Shown here piece by piece: positions 10,579 to 19,970 of a stretch of DNA of 64,000 nucleotides (its first letter is position 1; every line of letters begins with the position of its first letter). The translations under genes and the position numbers were made by a program. The DNA lies in the NCBI GenBank assembly GCA_963674965.2, contig CAXXFL010000007.1, positions 928,001-992,000 of the forward strand, written 5' to 3'. The notes beneath the pieces are model-generated. The model was not told the DNA's origin. It saw only the letters and a list, made by a program, of their open reading frames with translations, and searched no databases. Source of the stretch: a bacterium. Its GTDB lineage: Bacteria > RBG-13-61-14 > DATKZS01.

Positions 10579-10604
10579 TAAGAAGTAAAACGTTCTACTT
10601 CTTA
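10579..10604. promoter_or_regulatory. 26-bp near-perfect palindrome, candidate operator just upstream of the MerR start
   Basis: TAAGAAGTA-A-AACGTT-C-TACTTCTTA; minus-strand TTGACA at 10631-10626. Confidence 0.6.
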
Positions 10605-10913
10605 TTTAACTTATAATGGAAACAATGTCAAGACTTTTTTCGAGACTAAATAACGTTTAACAGCCCGAGCGTCAATATTAGACGAAAGTCGAGGGCGGAT
10701 CATTAAAACGTTACCAGGACGATAACCATTCATAAAACAAGCCCACCCGGCCAGGACGACCGATCTTCAAACTGGAAAAGAACGATAATCCAGGCCAAGA
10801 CGCTCCGTTCTACCTTCCGTGAGCGGCGCATTTTCAGCTCCTTGTTAGTTTAGACCCGATCCATCTGCTAGAATCATTGTATCGCCTGGAAGGCGAGCCC
10901 GGACGCGTCCGAA

Positions 10914-12362
10914 ATGAAAAACTTGAGGAAAATTGTTAAGCTCACTGGCCTCACCGCGGCTCTATTCGCGCTGGCCCTTTTCTCGGGTTACGACTGCAAG
11001 CCGCGCCATAAGACGCCGCCTCCCAGGCGCGTGGTACTCATGGTGATCGATACCCTGCGGGCCGACCACGTGGGCGCCTACGGCTACGGCCGGGCCACTT
11101 CTCCCAACATGGACTCGATAGCCTCGCGCGGGATTTTATTTAAAAGGACGGTGGCGGGCAGTTCCTGGACCCAGCCCTCCATGGCCTCGCTCATGACCTC
11201 GACCTATCCTCGGGTCCACCACGTGAACTCGGCGCCGGCGGGCAAGGCCTCCGCGGCCGTTCTTCCCTCCCGGCTGGTCACCATGGCCGAGTTCCTCAAA
11301 CAACGGGGATTCGAGACCAAGGCCGTGAGTTCCCAGCCCCTTTGCAACGCCCTTACCGGCTTCGACCAGGGCTTTGACGACTTCGAAAGCGTTTTCGAGG
11401 CGCTTTTAGACGAGCGGGAGACGGAGAAGGTGATGGACCGGGCCCTTGCCTGGCTGGAGTCGCGTTCACCTGACTCGAGTTTCTTCCTTTATATCCACGT
11501 GATGGGTCCGCATTTCCCCTACATTCCTCCACCAGGCTACAAGGGAAGGTTCGGCTCGGAGGGGTCGAGAAAAATCGAGGCCATGTTCCACGGCATGGAT
11601 TACAAGGAGCAGATGGAATACCTGATGAGCGACGAGGCGGCAAAGCGGTTTTCGGCCTCTCCGGACCTTCTGGCCGAGCTCGTCGCTCTCTACGACGAGG
11701 AGATAGCCTACGTTGACGATCAGGTCAAGCGCCTGTGGGACGCGCTCGAGGGGCGGGGCATGATCGATGAAACCATGTTTATCTTGACCTCGGACCATGG
11801 GGAGGGTTTTCTCGATCATGGCCTCTTCACTCACGGCAACGCTCTTTACCGGGAACTGGTCGAGGTCCCCATGATAATTCATTACCCACCCCTGGGGAAA
11901 TCTCTTTCCATTGACGGCGTTGTTTCCCATCTGGACGTTCTTCCCACTCTGGCCGACCTTTTCGGGGAGCGGGCGCCTTACCCGTCGCAGGGGGAGTCTC
12001 TTATTCCCCTGGCCATGGGCAAGGCCGACCGTACACCGGCCCTTTCCGAGCTTTATCTTCGGGCCATGGCCAAGATAACGGACCGGGATTACTCGCTTAT
12101 CTACCGGCCCAAGTCCCGTTTTCAGGTCAAGGGCCAGACCTTTACGAACGAGGAGGAGACGACCCTTCTGTTCGATCTTGCAAAAGACCCGGGCGAAACG
12201 AGAGACCTTTCGGAGACGGAGGTGGAACGGGCCGCTGCGCTCAAAACCGAGCTGCTCGAGATGGAGGAGGAAAACGCCCGGATCAAAATACCCGCCGCCG
12301 ATTCGATCCAGTACGATCCCAAGCACGTCGAGCAGTTGAAGGCGGTGGGGTATCTGCACTGA
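10914..12362 (+). CDS. Exported sulfatase-like hydrolase (alkaline phosphatase superfamily)
   Basis: Signal peptide, IDTLRADH, WTQPSMASLMT, PHFPY, SDHGE and LFDLAKDPGE. Confidence 0.88.
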   Translation: MKNLRKIVKLTGLTAALFALALFSGYDCKPRHKTPPPRRVVLMVIDTLRADHVGAYGYGRATSPNMDSIASRGILFKRTVAGSSWTQPSMASLMTSTYPRVHHVNSAPAGKASAAVLPSRLVTMAEFLKQRGFETKAVSSQPLCNALTGFDQGFDDFESVFEALLDERETEKVMDRALAWLESRSPDSSFFLYIHVMGPHFPYIPPPGYKGRFGSEGSRKIEAMFHGMDYKEQMEYLMSDEAAKRFSASPDLLAELVALYDEEIAYVDDQVKRLWDALEGRGMIDETMFILTSDHGEGFLDHGLFTHGNALYRELVEVPMIIHYPPLGKSLSIDGVVSHLDVLPTLADLFGERAPYPSQGESLIPLAMGKADRTPALSELYLRAMAKITDRDYSLIYRPKSRFQVKGQTFTNEEETTLLFDLAKDPGETRDLSETEVERAAALKTELLEMEEENARIKIPAADSIQYDPKHVEQLKAVGYLH

Positions 12363-12588
12363 GCGGGCGGGATGGTGGACGAGGTTTGGCCGGGAGAGAC
12401 AATGCAATATCGAATAGCCCGCCTCGATAAGGTGGAGTTCCTTACGACCAATAGCGGGGCTCGAGCGTTCTGGAAAGCCATGGTTTTCGGGGACTAGGCG
12501 GCCGCGCTCGAGACGCCTCCGAACGGTAGAGACGGGGCGTTTTGGGTGATTGATTTTCGGGGAATTCGGTGTTAATCTACAAATTCAC

Positions 12589-12665
12589 GGCGGCTTAGCT
12601 CAGGTGGTTAGAGCACACGGCTCATATCCGTGTTGTCCGGGGTTCGAGTCCCTGAGCCGCCACCA
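12589..12665 (+). tRNA. tRNA-Met (CAT), elongator-type
   Basis: GGCGGCT/AGCCGCC acceptor stem, TAGCTCAG..GG D arm, CACGG-CTCATAT-CCGTG anticodon arm, GGTTCGAGTCC, encoded CCA. G1-C72 is paired, so not the initiator; Ile2 not formally excluded. Confidence 0.93.
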
Positions 12666-12678
12666 AAACAATTACCTG

Positions 12679-12714
12679 ATCCAGGAGGATTTATCTTCCT
12701 GGATTTTCTTTTTT
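12679..12714 (+). terminator. Intrinsic terminator after tRNA
   Basis: ATCCAGGAGGAT/ATCTTCCTGGAT hairpin followed by a T-tract. Confidence 0.7.
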
Positions 12715-12764
12715 CGGGGATATGGACCGGCCTATCCCGAGCGCCGTCCCCCTCCAGCGCGGCA

Positions 12765-13241
12765 TTATTTGTCCGCTTCGCCCGGGTTAATGCAGAACAC
12801 GCTGCAAGGCGCCCTTCTTACGACCCTTTCGGCCACGCTACCGATTATGAGGTGCGACAGTCCGGTCCTGCCATGCGTGCCCATGACGATGAGGTCGATA
12901 TCGTTTTCCCCGGCGTATTTGACTATCTGCTCGAAGGGCAAGCCTTCCTTGACTACCTTGAAGATTTTTCGGTCATTGTTGTCGATCCCGCTGAGGATTT
13001 TATCGAGCTGCAGGCCGGCTCCTTTCGTCATCTGCTCCCTTATGTCCTTTTCGACCGAGGGAGATATTATAGGGTCCATCCAGGACCCGGCCTCCGCCAG
13101 GGAGGGGACGTGGACCACGTGCAGGACGGCCAAGTCGGCCTCGAACTTGTGGGCCAGAAACTCGGCGTACTCGAGTATCTTGCCGGTCATTTCCGAGAAA
13201 TCGACCGGGACCAGAATGCTTTTAATGTCCGGGGTTTTCAT
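12765..13241 (-). CDS. Universal stress protein (UspA family)
   Basis: ILVPVDFS, DLIVMGTHGRTG...GSVAERVVRRAPCSV. Confidence 0.93.
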   Translation of the reverse strand: MKTPDIKSILVPVDFSEMTGKILEYAEFLAHKFEADLAVLHVVHVPSLAEAGSWMDPIISPSVEKDIREQMTKGAGLQLDKILSGIDNNDRKIFKVVKEGLPFEQIVKYAGENDIDLIVMGTHGRTGLSHLIIGSVAERVVRRAPCSVFCINPGEADK

Positions 13242-13421
13242 GTCGGCCTCCTTGCCTTACAATTGTAAGCGCGGACGATCGCCTCGTCTATAGTATGTAG
13301 ACTATCACGAGTGAGGGTCCGATTGTAGTCTCTTGGCCGCGTCCCCGGGAAATTTTTCTTCCCTTGATTTGGCGCCCAAGGGAGCTACCATCTTTTATAT
13401 TGTCTTTGAAAGGAGAGTGAA

Positions 13422-14219
13422 ATGATCAGAAAAACCTGCGCGTTCTTTATCGGCGCCTTTCTTGTTTGCCTTTCCGTCTCGGCCAAGCCCGGGGACTGGA
13501 AAAGACTGGGAAACCCGGGCGAGTGGCTGGGCACGACGGCCGGGACCATTTTAGGCGGGAAACTGTACACGACCGAGGGATCGGGCAAGCTCTACGTTAC
13601 CGACCTGACCGCCGGGACATGGAAGGAAATCGGCAAGCCCGACTTCGCCGGCACGCGTTTCATGTTCGCCGTGGACCAGACCTTATATACCATCGAGCTT
13701 GACGGCGCCCTGTACGCGGTCAACCCGTCGGACGGCTCGTGGAAATCGGTGGGTACGCCCGGCGATTTCAAGCTGACCACGGCGGGGGCGGTCCTTGGCG
13801 GCAAGATTTACACGGTCGACTCGACGGGGGACCTCATCGAGGTCAACCCGGCGGACGGGTCCAGGAAGAAAATCGGCAAGCCCGACTTCGCGGGAACGAA
13901 GTTCCTCTTCGCCGTTGAAAACGATCTTTTCAGCATCGAGAGCGACGGCAGCCTCTATCGTATCAATCCCGCCGACGGTACCTGGAAGGGAGTGGGAAAG
14001 CCCGGCGACTGGGCGCTTACCATTGGAGGAACGGTGGTGGGCAAGAACATCTTCACCGCCGAGAGCTCGGGCGCCTTTTACGTTACCGACCCTTCAACCG
14101 GGAAATGGGTGAAGCTGGGCGAGAACGACTTCGTGAAGACCCAGCACATGTGGGCCGGCGGCGAGAACATTTACAGTATCGAGTCCGACGGCAGTCTTTA
14201 CGAGATATATCTCAAATAG
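13422..14219 (+). CDS. Secreted repeat protein, probable six-bladed beta-propeller
   Basis: Signal peptide plus three copies of an ~81-aa two-blade unit (WK.xG.PG.W..T.G..LGG.IYT / IGKPDFAGT.F.FA....LY.IE.DG.LY). Confidence 0.75.
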   Translation: MIRKTCAFFIGAFLVCLSVSAKPGDWKRLGNPGEWLGTTAGTILGGKLYTTEGSGKLYVTDLTAGTWKEIGKPDFAGTRFMFAVDQTLYTIELDGALYAVNPSDGSWKSVGTPGDFKLTTAGAVLGGKIYTVDSTGDLIEVNPADGSRKKIGKPDFAGTKFLFAVENDLFSIESDGSLYRINPADGTWKGVGKPGDWALTIGGTVVGKNIFTAESSGAFYVTDPSTGKWVKLGENDFVKTQHMWAGGENIYSIESDGSLYEIYLK

Positions 14220-14231
14220 CCGGTATGGGTA

Positions 14232-14262
14232 AGGGGCCCGGGGGAATTCTCCGGGCCTTTTT
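14232..14262 (+). terminator. Hairpin terminator between convergent genes
   Basis: GGCCCGGGG-GAATT-CTCCGGGCC followed by TTTTT. Confidence 0.6.
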
Positions 14263-15427
14263 ACGTGGTCACGGCGATGACCTCGACGGGCTTCAAGATG
14301 TTTTTAAGCTCGATGGACCCGCGCTTGTCGAAATGGAACCTGGGCACGGGGTCGGTCCCCCTGTAGAAGCTGAGCCCCTCCTTGGCCGCGTTGTGAGTGG
14401 CCCTGACCGTGAGTATCTCGCCGGGACCGGCCTTCGAGCAAAGCCTGGCGGCCAGGTTGACGTTGTGGCCCAGGACCGTGTAATCGAGCCGGGAGGGGCT
14501 GCCGATGTTTCCCAGAATCACCTCGCCGCTCGAGACCCCGATGCCCACGCCGGGCGCCACGAAGCCTTCCTTCTTCCTTTCCTCGATCCACATCTCGTGC
14601 GACTTCAGCATCTTGTCCGCCGCCATCAGGGCCCGGAGGGCGTGGTCCGGAAAGGAAAGCGGCGCGCCGAAGACGGCCATGATCTCGTCGCCCACGAACT
14701 TGTCCACCATGCCGTCGAATTTTTCCACCGCGTCCACGGCCAGGGTGAGGAAGGAGTTGACCATTTGTACCACCTCCTCGGCCTCGAGCTCCTGGCACAC
14801 CCGGGTGAAACCGCGAAGGTCGGCGAACAACACGCTGGCCACTCTCCTTTGCGTGCGCATGAGCTCGTCCTCGGAGAGCTCGGCCATCTGCTCCATCACG
14901 CGGGGAGAAACGTAGCGGCTGAAGTTCTTCTCCAGCCAATGGGTGTGGGTTAAGTCCTGAGCCACTATCTGGACCTTGTCCTTTACGTGAGTACAGGCGA
15001 AGCGGAGGAGGGGGGGATCGCTGACGTTGCGCTCGGCGAGGGAGGGCAAACGCTCGGGGGTCAGGTCGGGAAATTCCCTTTCCACGATGTAGCTCTGCCC
15101 GCTTTCCTTGACGGCGGCCAGGAGGGAACTCATCACGTCGCCGAGAGGTCCCTTGTCCCAATCGGACAGCATGGTCCCGAGAACGTCGCGGCGCCGGTCG
15201 GAGGGGACCCCCAGAAGCCGGGCCATGCGGTCGTTCAGATAGGCTAGAGTGCCCTTATCGTCCACGACCATTATCATCTCCTCGAGGCCCTGGATGGTGA
15301 AGCTTTCGCCCAGACCGGTCAGGGGCTGGGCCCCGGCCATGGTCATCATGGCGGCGCCTCCGCGGACCCTGTCCAGTTCCGCCTTGAGCATTTTTATTTC
15401 AGCTTCGTAATCTTCCGAGGTTCGCAT
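14261..15427 (-). CDS. Class III adenylate/guanylate cyclase with PAS-like N-terminal domain
   Basis: FADLRGFT, VDKFVGDEIM and YTVLGHNVNLAARL; Lys/Thr specificity residues suggest ATP; start set at MRTSED. Confidence 0.9.
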   Translation of the reverse strand: MRTSEDYEAEIKMLKAELDRVRGGAAMMTMAGAQPLTGLGESFTIQGLEEMIMVVDDKGTLAYLNDRMARLLGVPSDRRRDVLGTMLSDWDKGPLGDVMSSLLAAVKESGQSYIVEREFPDLTPERLPSLAERNVSDPPLLRFACTHVKDKVQIVAQDLTHTHWLEKNFSRYVSPRVMEQMAELSEDELMRTQRRVASVLFADLRGFTRVCQELEAEEVVQMVNSFLTLAVDAVEKFDGMVDKFVGDEIMAVFGAPLSFPDHALRALMAADKMLKSHEMWIEERKKEGFVAPGVGIGVSSGEVILGNIGSPSRLDYTVLGHNVNLAARLCSKAGPGEILTVRATHNAAKEGLSFYRGTDPVPRFHFDKRGSIELKNILKPVEVIAVTT

Positions 15428-15504
15428 GGGTCCTTCCCTTGTATGGACGAGAGCCCGGTCCGGCTTATCCAAATCCCAGGCGCGATATCATAATCCAGGT
15501 TTCA

Positions 15505-16275
15505 TTATAACGCCAATCCGGATAAAAAGCCCATAATGGCGCGGCTGACTTCCATGGGCTTCTCGAGCGGACAAAGATGGCCGGCCTGAGCTATGCGGAC
15601 CCTTTGGGCGCCCGCGATTTTTTCCTCCAGGAAATCCGAGTACTTGGGAGGGGTCAGCTTATCGTCATCTCCGCTCACTATTAAAGTCGGCGTTTTTATT
15701 CGGCCCAGGCGGTCCCGGACGTCAAAGGCGTCGCAGGCCCTGAAGTCTCCCGCCGCCACCGGGGGCGAGGCCTCGGCGGTGGCCCGGATAAAATCGGCCA
15801 GGAGGGCGGGATCGGTTTTATCCGAGGCGGCGAATTTGGCAATCATGTCCACGTAAAGGGGGAAGTTTTTCTCGATGGCCTCGAAAATGGCGGGCATTAC
15901 CTTTAACTTGGCCCCCGTGCTAATTAATACTCCGGCCTTCACCAGGTCCCCCCGCTCGATGAGCAGGGTCTGGGTGATGGCCCCTCCCATGCTCAGGCCC
16001 ACGGGAACCGGCTTGGGAAACGGGGCCGTCTCGATCAGGTCGGCCACCGCCCTGGCGTAATCCTCGATGGTCTTGAAGCCGTCACCGGGACTGGACCCAT
16101 GTCCGGGAAGGTCCAGGGCAACCGCGTTGGCCCCGTCGGCCGGCGCGGCGACCTGCTTATCCCACAATACGCGAGACCCTCCCGCGCCGTGAATAAAGAC
16201 GAGGGTTGGCTTATTAGGATCGAGCGGCCATAAGCCGGCGCTGAAAGCCACATTTTTTATTTGCTTTTCTATCAT
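15505..16275 (-). CDS. Alpha/beta-fold hydrolase
   Basis: FIHGAGG, DLPGHG, GLSMGG nucleophile elbow, DKLT and AGH. Confidence 0.9.
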   Translation of the reverse strand: MIEKQIKNVAFSAGLWPLDPNKPTLVFIHGAGGSRVLWDKQVAAPADGANAVALDLPGHGSSPGDGFKTIEDYARAVADLIETAPFPKPVPVGLSMGGAITQTLLIERGDLVKAGVLISTGAKLKVMPAIFEAIEKNFPLYVDMIAKFAASDKTDPALLADFIRATAEASPPVAAGDFRACDAFDVRDRLGRIKTPTLIVSGDDDKLTPPKYSDFLEEKIAGAQRVRIAQAGHLCPLEKPMEVSRAIMGFLSGLAL

Positions 16276-17120
16276 CTTTTCAAGCCCCTTGTTTTCCTGG
16301 GCCTATATTAGCGCAACAAAGGCCCAACCCACAAATGGCCCCTGTATTTTTTTCTGAAAATAAAAGCTACGGAGTCGAGATTGAATCTTGAGAAAACAGC
16401 CTGATCGGACCTGGGCAATTGTAAGAGTTGCCTCCATTTTCATCCATTCGTTCCATGATGGCGTCTTTTCAATCTTGGCAAATTGCATTTGTATGGGCAA
16501 TCTGCCCTTCGGCCATGTATTTAGATACAGATTTTAAGCTGTTAATTCAATATATTACGACTATTGAGCGGAGGAAGAAGAACTTTTCCGGCTTCCATTC
16601 GTTTCCTGCAATTGAGAAATTGAAGACAAACGATTTATTAAGTGCATTACTTATTCCAACTGAATTACATTTGGCAAATAAATTACAAGTAAGCGATTGC
16701 AAAGAAAAATCAGGAGACCAAACATGGTGGTGATAAAAATCCGGAAGAATCGGTCATTGACCAGAGCGGAATGGATGAGCATATTATAGTTGAATAATAT
16801 AGGGTGACGCAAAAAATTGCATATTGCAAGCTTAAAGTAAGTATTTTTTTCGAGGTGCTCGTTTTTGTGCATTTCAAGGCTCCTTTGGCAAAGGCGTACA
16901 GGAGAGATAAATTGAAAACTACGGCTTGCGGGCCGAAGGTAAATATATATATATTTAAGTGGCTTACAAGACAATTGCCAATAAAATGAGGAAATATAGG
17001 GAAACTATTTTCGTAAATTGATAACAAAGCCCTATTAACGGCATAAGGTTTGTAAGTAATAATGTTACTCGTATAGTGAATCTTTTAGAACAGGCTGGTA
17101 TCTAAACTTTGGGAGGTACC

Positions 17121-18338
17121 ATGATAAGGACCACTGCCATCAAGGTAATGGGACCCGGCAAGGACGATTCCGTCGAGGAAATCGATGAGAATCTGGAGCT
17201 GGAGACCGAATTCGACGAAGAAGAAGATGAGGAGGAAATCGAGGAAGTCGAGGAAAAGGAGGAGCTTTCCAGCGCCTTTGGAAACGGCTTCAGGGGAGAC
17301 CTGTTATCGCTTTATCTCCAGGAGATGGACGCGGTTAACCTCTTTACGCCCGAGCAGGAATTCCTGAAGGCGAAAGAGGTTTTCGAGGCCAAGGCCGCGG
17401 TATGCGGACTTATTGGCGCGCTTCCTTTCGTGGCGGAACCCGAGAACCTGACCGAGGCCAAGATAAAGGACGTGATCGTAACGCTCGAGAACGCTCGGAT
17501 AGATTTCCGCAAAAAGCGCTCTCTTGCCCGCGCGTCGAAGAAACAATACGGTCTCACGGCTCGGGAGATAGGCCCTTTCCTTAGGAAGCTCAGGACGGCT
17601 CACGGCAAGTTCGTGTTCAGGAGGAATGATTTTATCGAGGCGAATTTAAGGCTGGTGGTAAAGATAGCCAACCGCTATCGCAACCGTGTCCTGCCCACGG
17701 CGGACCTGATCCAGGAGGGAAACCTGGGGCTTATCAGGGCCGTCGAGAAGTTCGACTACAGGAAGGGTTTCAAGTTCTCGAGCTACGCCACCTGGTGGAT
17801 TCACCAGTCCATCATCCGGGCCATCGCCGAGAAGAGCAAGCTCATCAAGGTGCCGGTATATCTTAACGACCGTATCCGGCGGCTGGACAAGGAAAGCAGG
17901 CGTCTCACTCTCGAGCTGGAAAAGGAACCCTGCGTCGAGGACCTGGCCGAGAGCATGGAGATGGAGGCAAAGGAAGTAGTGGGTCTCATGCAGATGTCCC
18001 GCGAGCCGGTCAGTCTCGAGACCCAGATATGCGACATGGAGGAGATAGTTCTCGGGGACGTCCTGGAGGACACCCGCGTGGACAGGACGGACGAGGCCGT
18101 TTTCAAGGCGCTCATGATGGAGGAAATCGAGGCCGCCCTTCGGACCCTCTCTCCCAAGGAGGAGATGATCCTTCGGATGAGGTTCGGGATCGGGACCGAA
18201 AGCGAGTACACCCTCGAGGAAATCGGAAGCGAGTTCAATATTTCGCGGGAGCGCGTAAGGCAGATCGTCGAGAAGAGCCTTCGCAAGCTCCGGCATCCGT
18301 CCCGGGCGAAAGCCATGGAGAACTGCAGTTACAATTAG
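17121..18338 (+). CDS. RpoD/SigA-like sigma70 factor, probably an alternative (non-primary) sigma
   Basis: NLRLVVKIA, DLIQEGNLGL, KFSSYATWWI and TLEEIG..SRERVRQI; RBS GGAGG before ATG 17121. Confidence 0.9.
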   Translation: MIRTTAIKVMGPGKDDSVEEIDENLELETEFDEEEDEEEIEEVEEKEELSSAFGNGFRGDLLSLYLQEMDAVNLFTPEQEFLKAKEVFEAKAAVCGLIGALPFVAEPENLTEAKIKDVIVTLENARIDFRKKRSLARASKKQYGLTAREIGPFLRKLRTAHGKFVFRRNDFIEANLRLVVKIANRYRNRVLPTADLIQEGNLGLIRAVEKFDYRKGFKFSSYATWWIHQSIIRAIAEKSKLIKVPVYLNDRIRRLDKESRRLTLELEKEPCVEDLAESMEMEAKEVVGLMQMSREPVSLETQICDMEEIVLGDVLEDTRVDRTDEAVFKALMMEEIEAALRTLSPKEEMILRMRFGIGTESEYTLEEIGSEFNISRERVRQIVEKSLRKLRHPSRAKAMENCSYN

Positions 18339-18365
18339 CGCGATTTAATAGCTCACGCTCACGCC

Positions 18366-18460
18366 AATGACGCCTCCCCGGCAATAATCGGGGAGGCGTC
18401 ATTTTTATCGCGGCGCCGAGGGTGTCGAATGAAAAAGGGGACGCCGATGACGTCCCCTTT
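18366..18460. terminator. Two back-to-back intrinsic terminators for convergent genes
   Basis: ATGACGCCTCCCCG/CGGGGAGGCGTCAT + TTTT, and AAAAAGGGGACG/CGTCCCCTTT. Confidence 0.75.
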
Positions 18461-18483
18461 ACTTACGGGCGGATATTCCCGGC

Positions 18484-19698
18484 TTAGAGGCTATAGTCCG
18501 GGTTTTCCGGGTCGAAGTCGTTCTCCGTCAGGTCCGGGTTGATCTGAATCTGAGTGTAAAGGTAGGACTCGGAGTATTCATTGTCGTGGTTCCACGTTTC
18601 CGCCTTGATCTCGAGGGAACGGGTAAAGTCGATGTAGTTCATGAGGCGGTAGCAATAATAACCCTTGGACTTGTCACGGGAGAGGATGTTCTCCCGCTTG
18701 TAGACCTTATGGCCGTCAACGTCCACGATGCCGTAATTTTTGTCCTCCACGTCGCCGTTGGGATTGGCTTTCCTGTAGTTCTCCTCGATAAGGTCGAGAA
18801 GGTATTTGAGACCCGTCTCGGTAATAACATGGTTCGTGCCGCGCTTGGCTATTTCCGAGTCAATGGGAAGAGTGACCGGGATTACGCCCAGTATGCCCTT
18901 CTCCCGGACCCTGACCTTGCCCGCGCCGAGTATTCTTTCATTGTACAGGGCTTCCCTGCCCACCCAGGGGCTGCTGGGATGGGGAAGCCATTTCATGTAG
19001 ATGGCCTTGGGCTTCTCCCGGTATTTGAGGAGTATCTTCTCCTCGCCCTGAAGCTCGCCGTCAATGCGCTCGATCTTATATAAAATACAGGTATAGGTGT
19101 TGATCTGCTTGTATTTCCTCTTTCCCGTCTCGATCAGGACCCAGTCCTCGGTGGCGTCAAGGATCACCTGCACCCGATCCAGAGACATGGACGAAAACAG
19201 TTTTTTCCTCCCGTCCTCTCCCATGAAGAAACTCATGCTCGCTATCTCCTCGGGCGAGAGCCTGTTTATGGTCTCCTTCATCTGGTCCAGGTTCATGTTA
19301 TTGTTGCCTATGGCCAGGATGTTGGGAAAAAGACCGGCAAAGTCCTTGTCCTCCTCGATTTGGGCGTGGGCCAGGAATTTTTCGTCGAGAAATTTCTGCT
19401 TTTCCTCGTCAAGGCCCTCCTTAGTCTGAGCGTGGCCCTCCTCGCCCAGGTAATAGCTGATGGCCGCCCTCTCCTTGTCCGTAAGCTGGCTCGAGGACGT
19501 TTTTAACTGATCCATGCTCATCAACTCGACCTGAGACTTGAAGAGCTTGAGGAAAACCTCGCGGAAGTCGGGTATATCGTGTCCAAAGGGATTGTCCTTG
19601 CCCGCCTCGATGGCCGGGCTTAAAAGTACGGCCGCGATAGTTACGGCCATGATAAAGCCTATTCTCATTACCCTTTTAAAGGTATGCGCCATTTTCAC
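18484..19698 (-). CDS. Exported DUF1571-like (LolA-like fold) protein with N-terminal extension
   Basis: Signal peptide; YTCILYKIERIDGEL, P..IYMKW, GREALY, HVITETGL, NPDLTENDFDPENPDY. Confidence 0.7.
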   Translation of the reverse strand: MKMAHTFKRVMRIGFIMAVTIAAVLLSPAIEAGKDNPFGHDIPDFREVFLKLFKSQVELMSMDQLKTSSSQLTDKERAAISYYLGEEGHAQTKEGLDEEKQKFLDEKFLAHAQIEEDKDFAGLFPNILAIGNNNMNLDQMKETINRLSPEEIASMSFFMGEDGRKKLFSSMSLDRVQVILDATEDWVLIETGKRKYKQINTYTCILYKIERIDGELQGEEKILLKYREKPKAIYMKWLPHPSSPWVGREALYNERILGAGKVRVREKGILGVIPVTLPIDSEIAKRGTNHVITETGLKYLLDLIEENYRKANPNGDVEDKNYGIVDVDGHKVYKRENILSRDKSKGYYCYRLMNYIDFTRSLEIKAETWNHDNEYSESYLYTQIQINPDLTENDFDPENPDYSL

Positions 19699-19970
19699 TA
19701 CCCCTTTCTTGATTGATTATTACGGTAGAAAGCAACCTCTATCCCTGAGCGGTTACTAAACCACATTCGGGAACAAATGGCAAGCGTATTAATACGATCG
19801 TTAAATTTTATTTCTAAAGCGAGTGCATATCCATTGTTAGTTCATTATAAATATTGTAACTTCTCCTTGACTGGAGGGACCTGGAATAAGTATTCTTGGA
19901 GCGGTATTAAACGCTACTTAAATTATCCGCATAACCGGGAAAAGGCGGTCCCCCCTGGGAACGACTTCAA

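Noticed and set aside
12589-12720. tRNA-Met as an island integration site
   Set aside because: No integrase and no duplicated tRNA 3' end noticed in the window
16303-17027. Short ORFs in the AT-rich region
   Set aside because: No RBS or motif, composition unlike host genes, mutually overlapping
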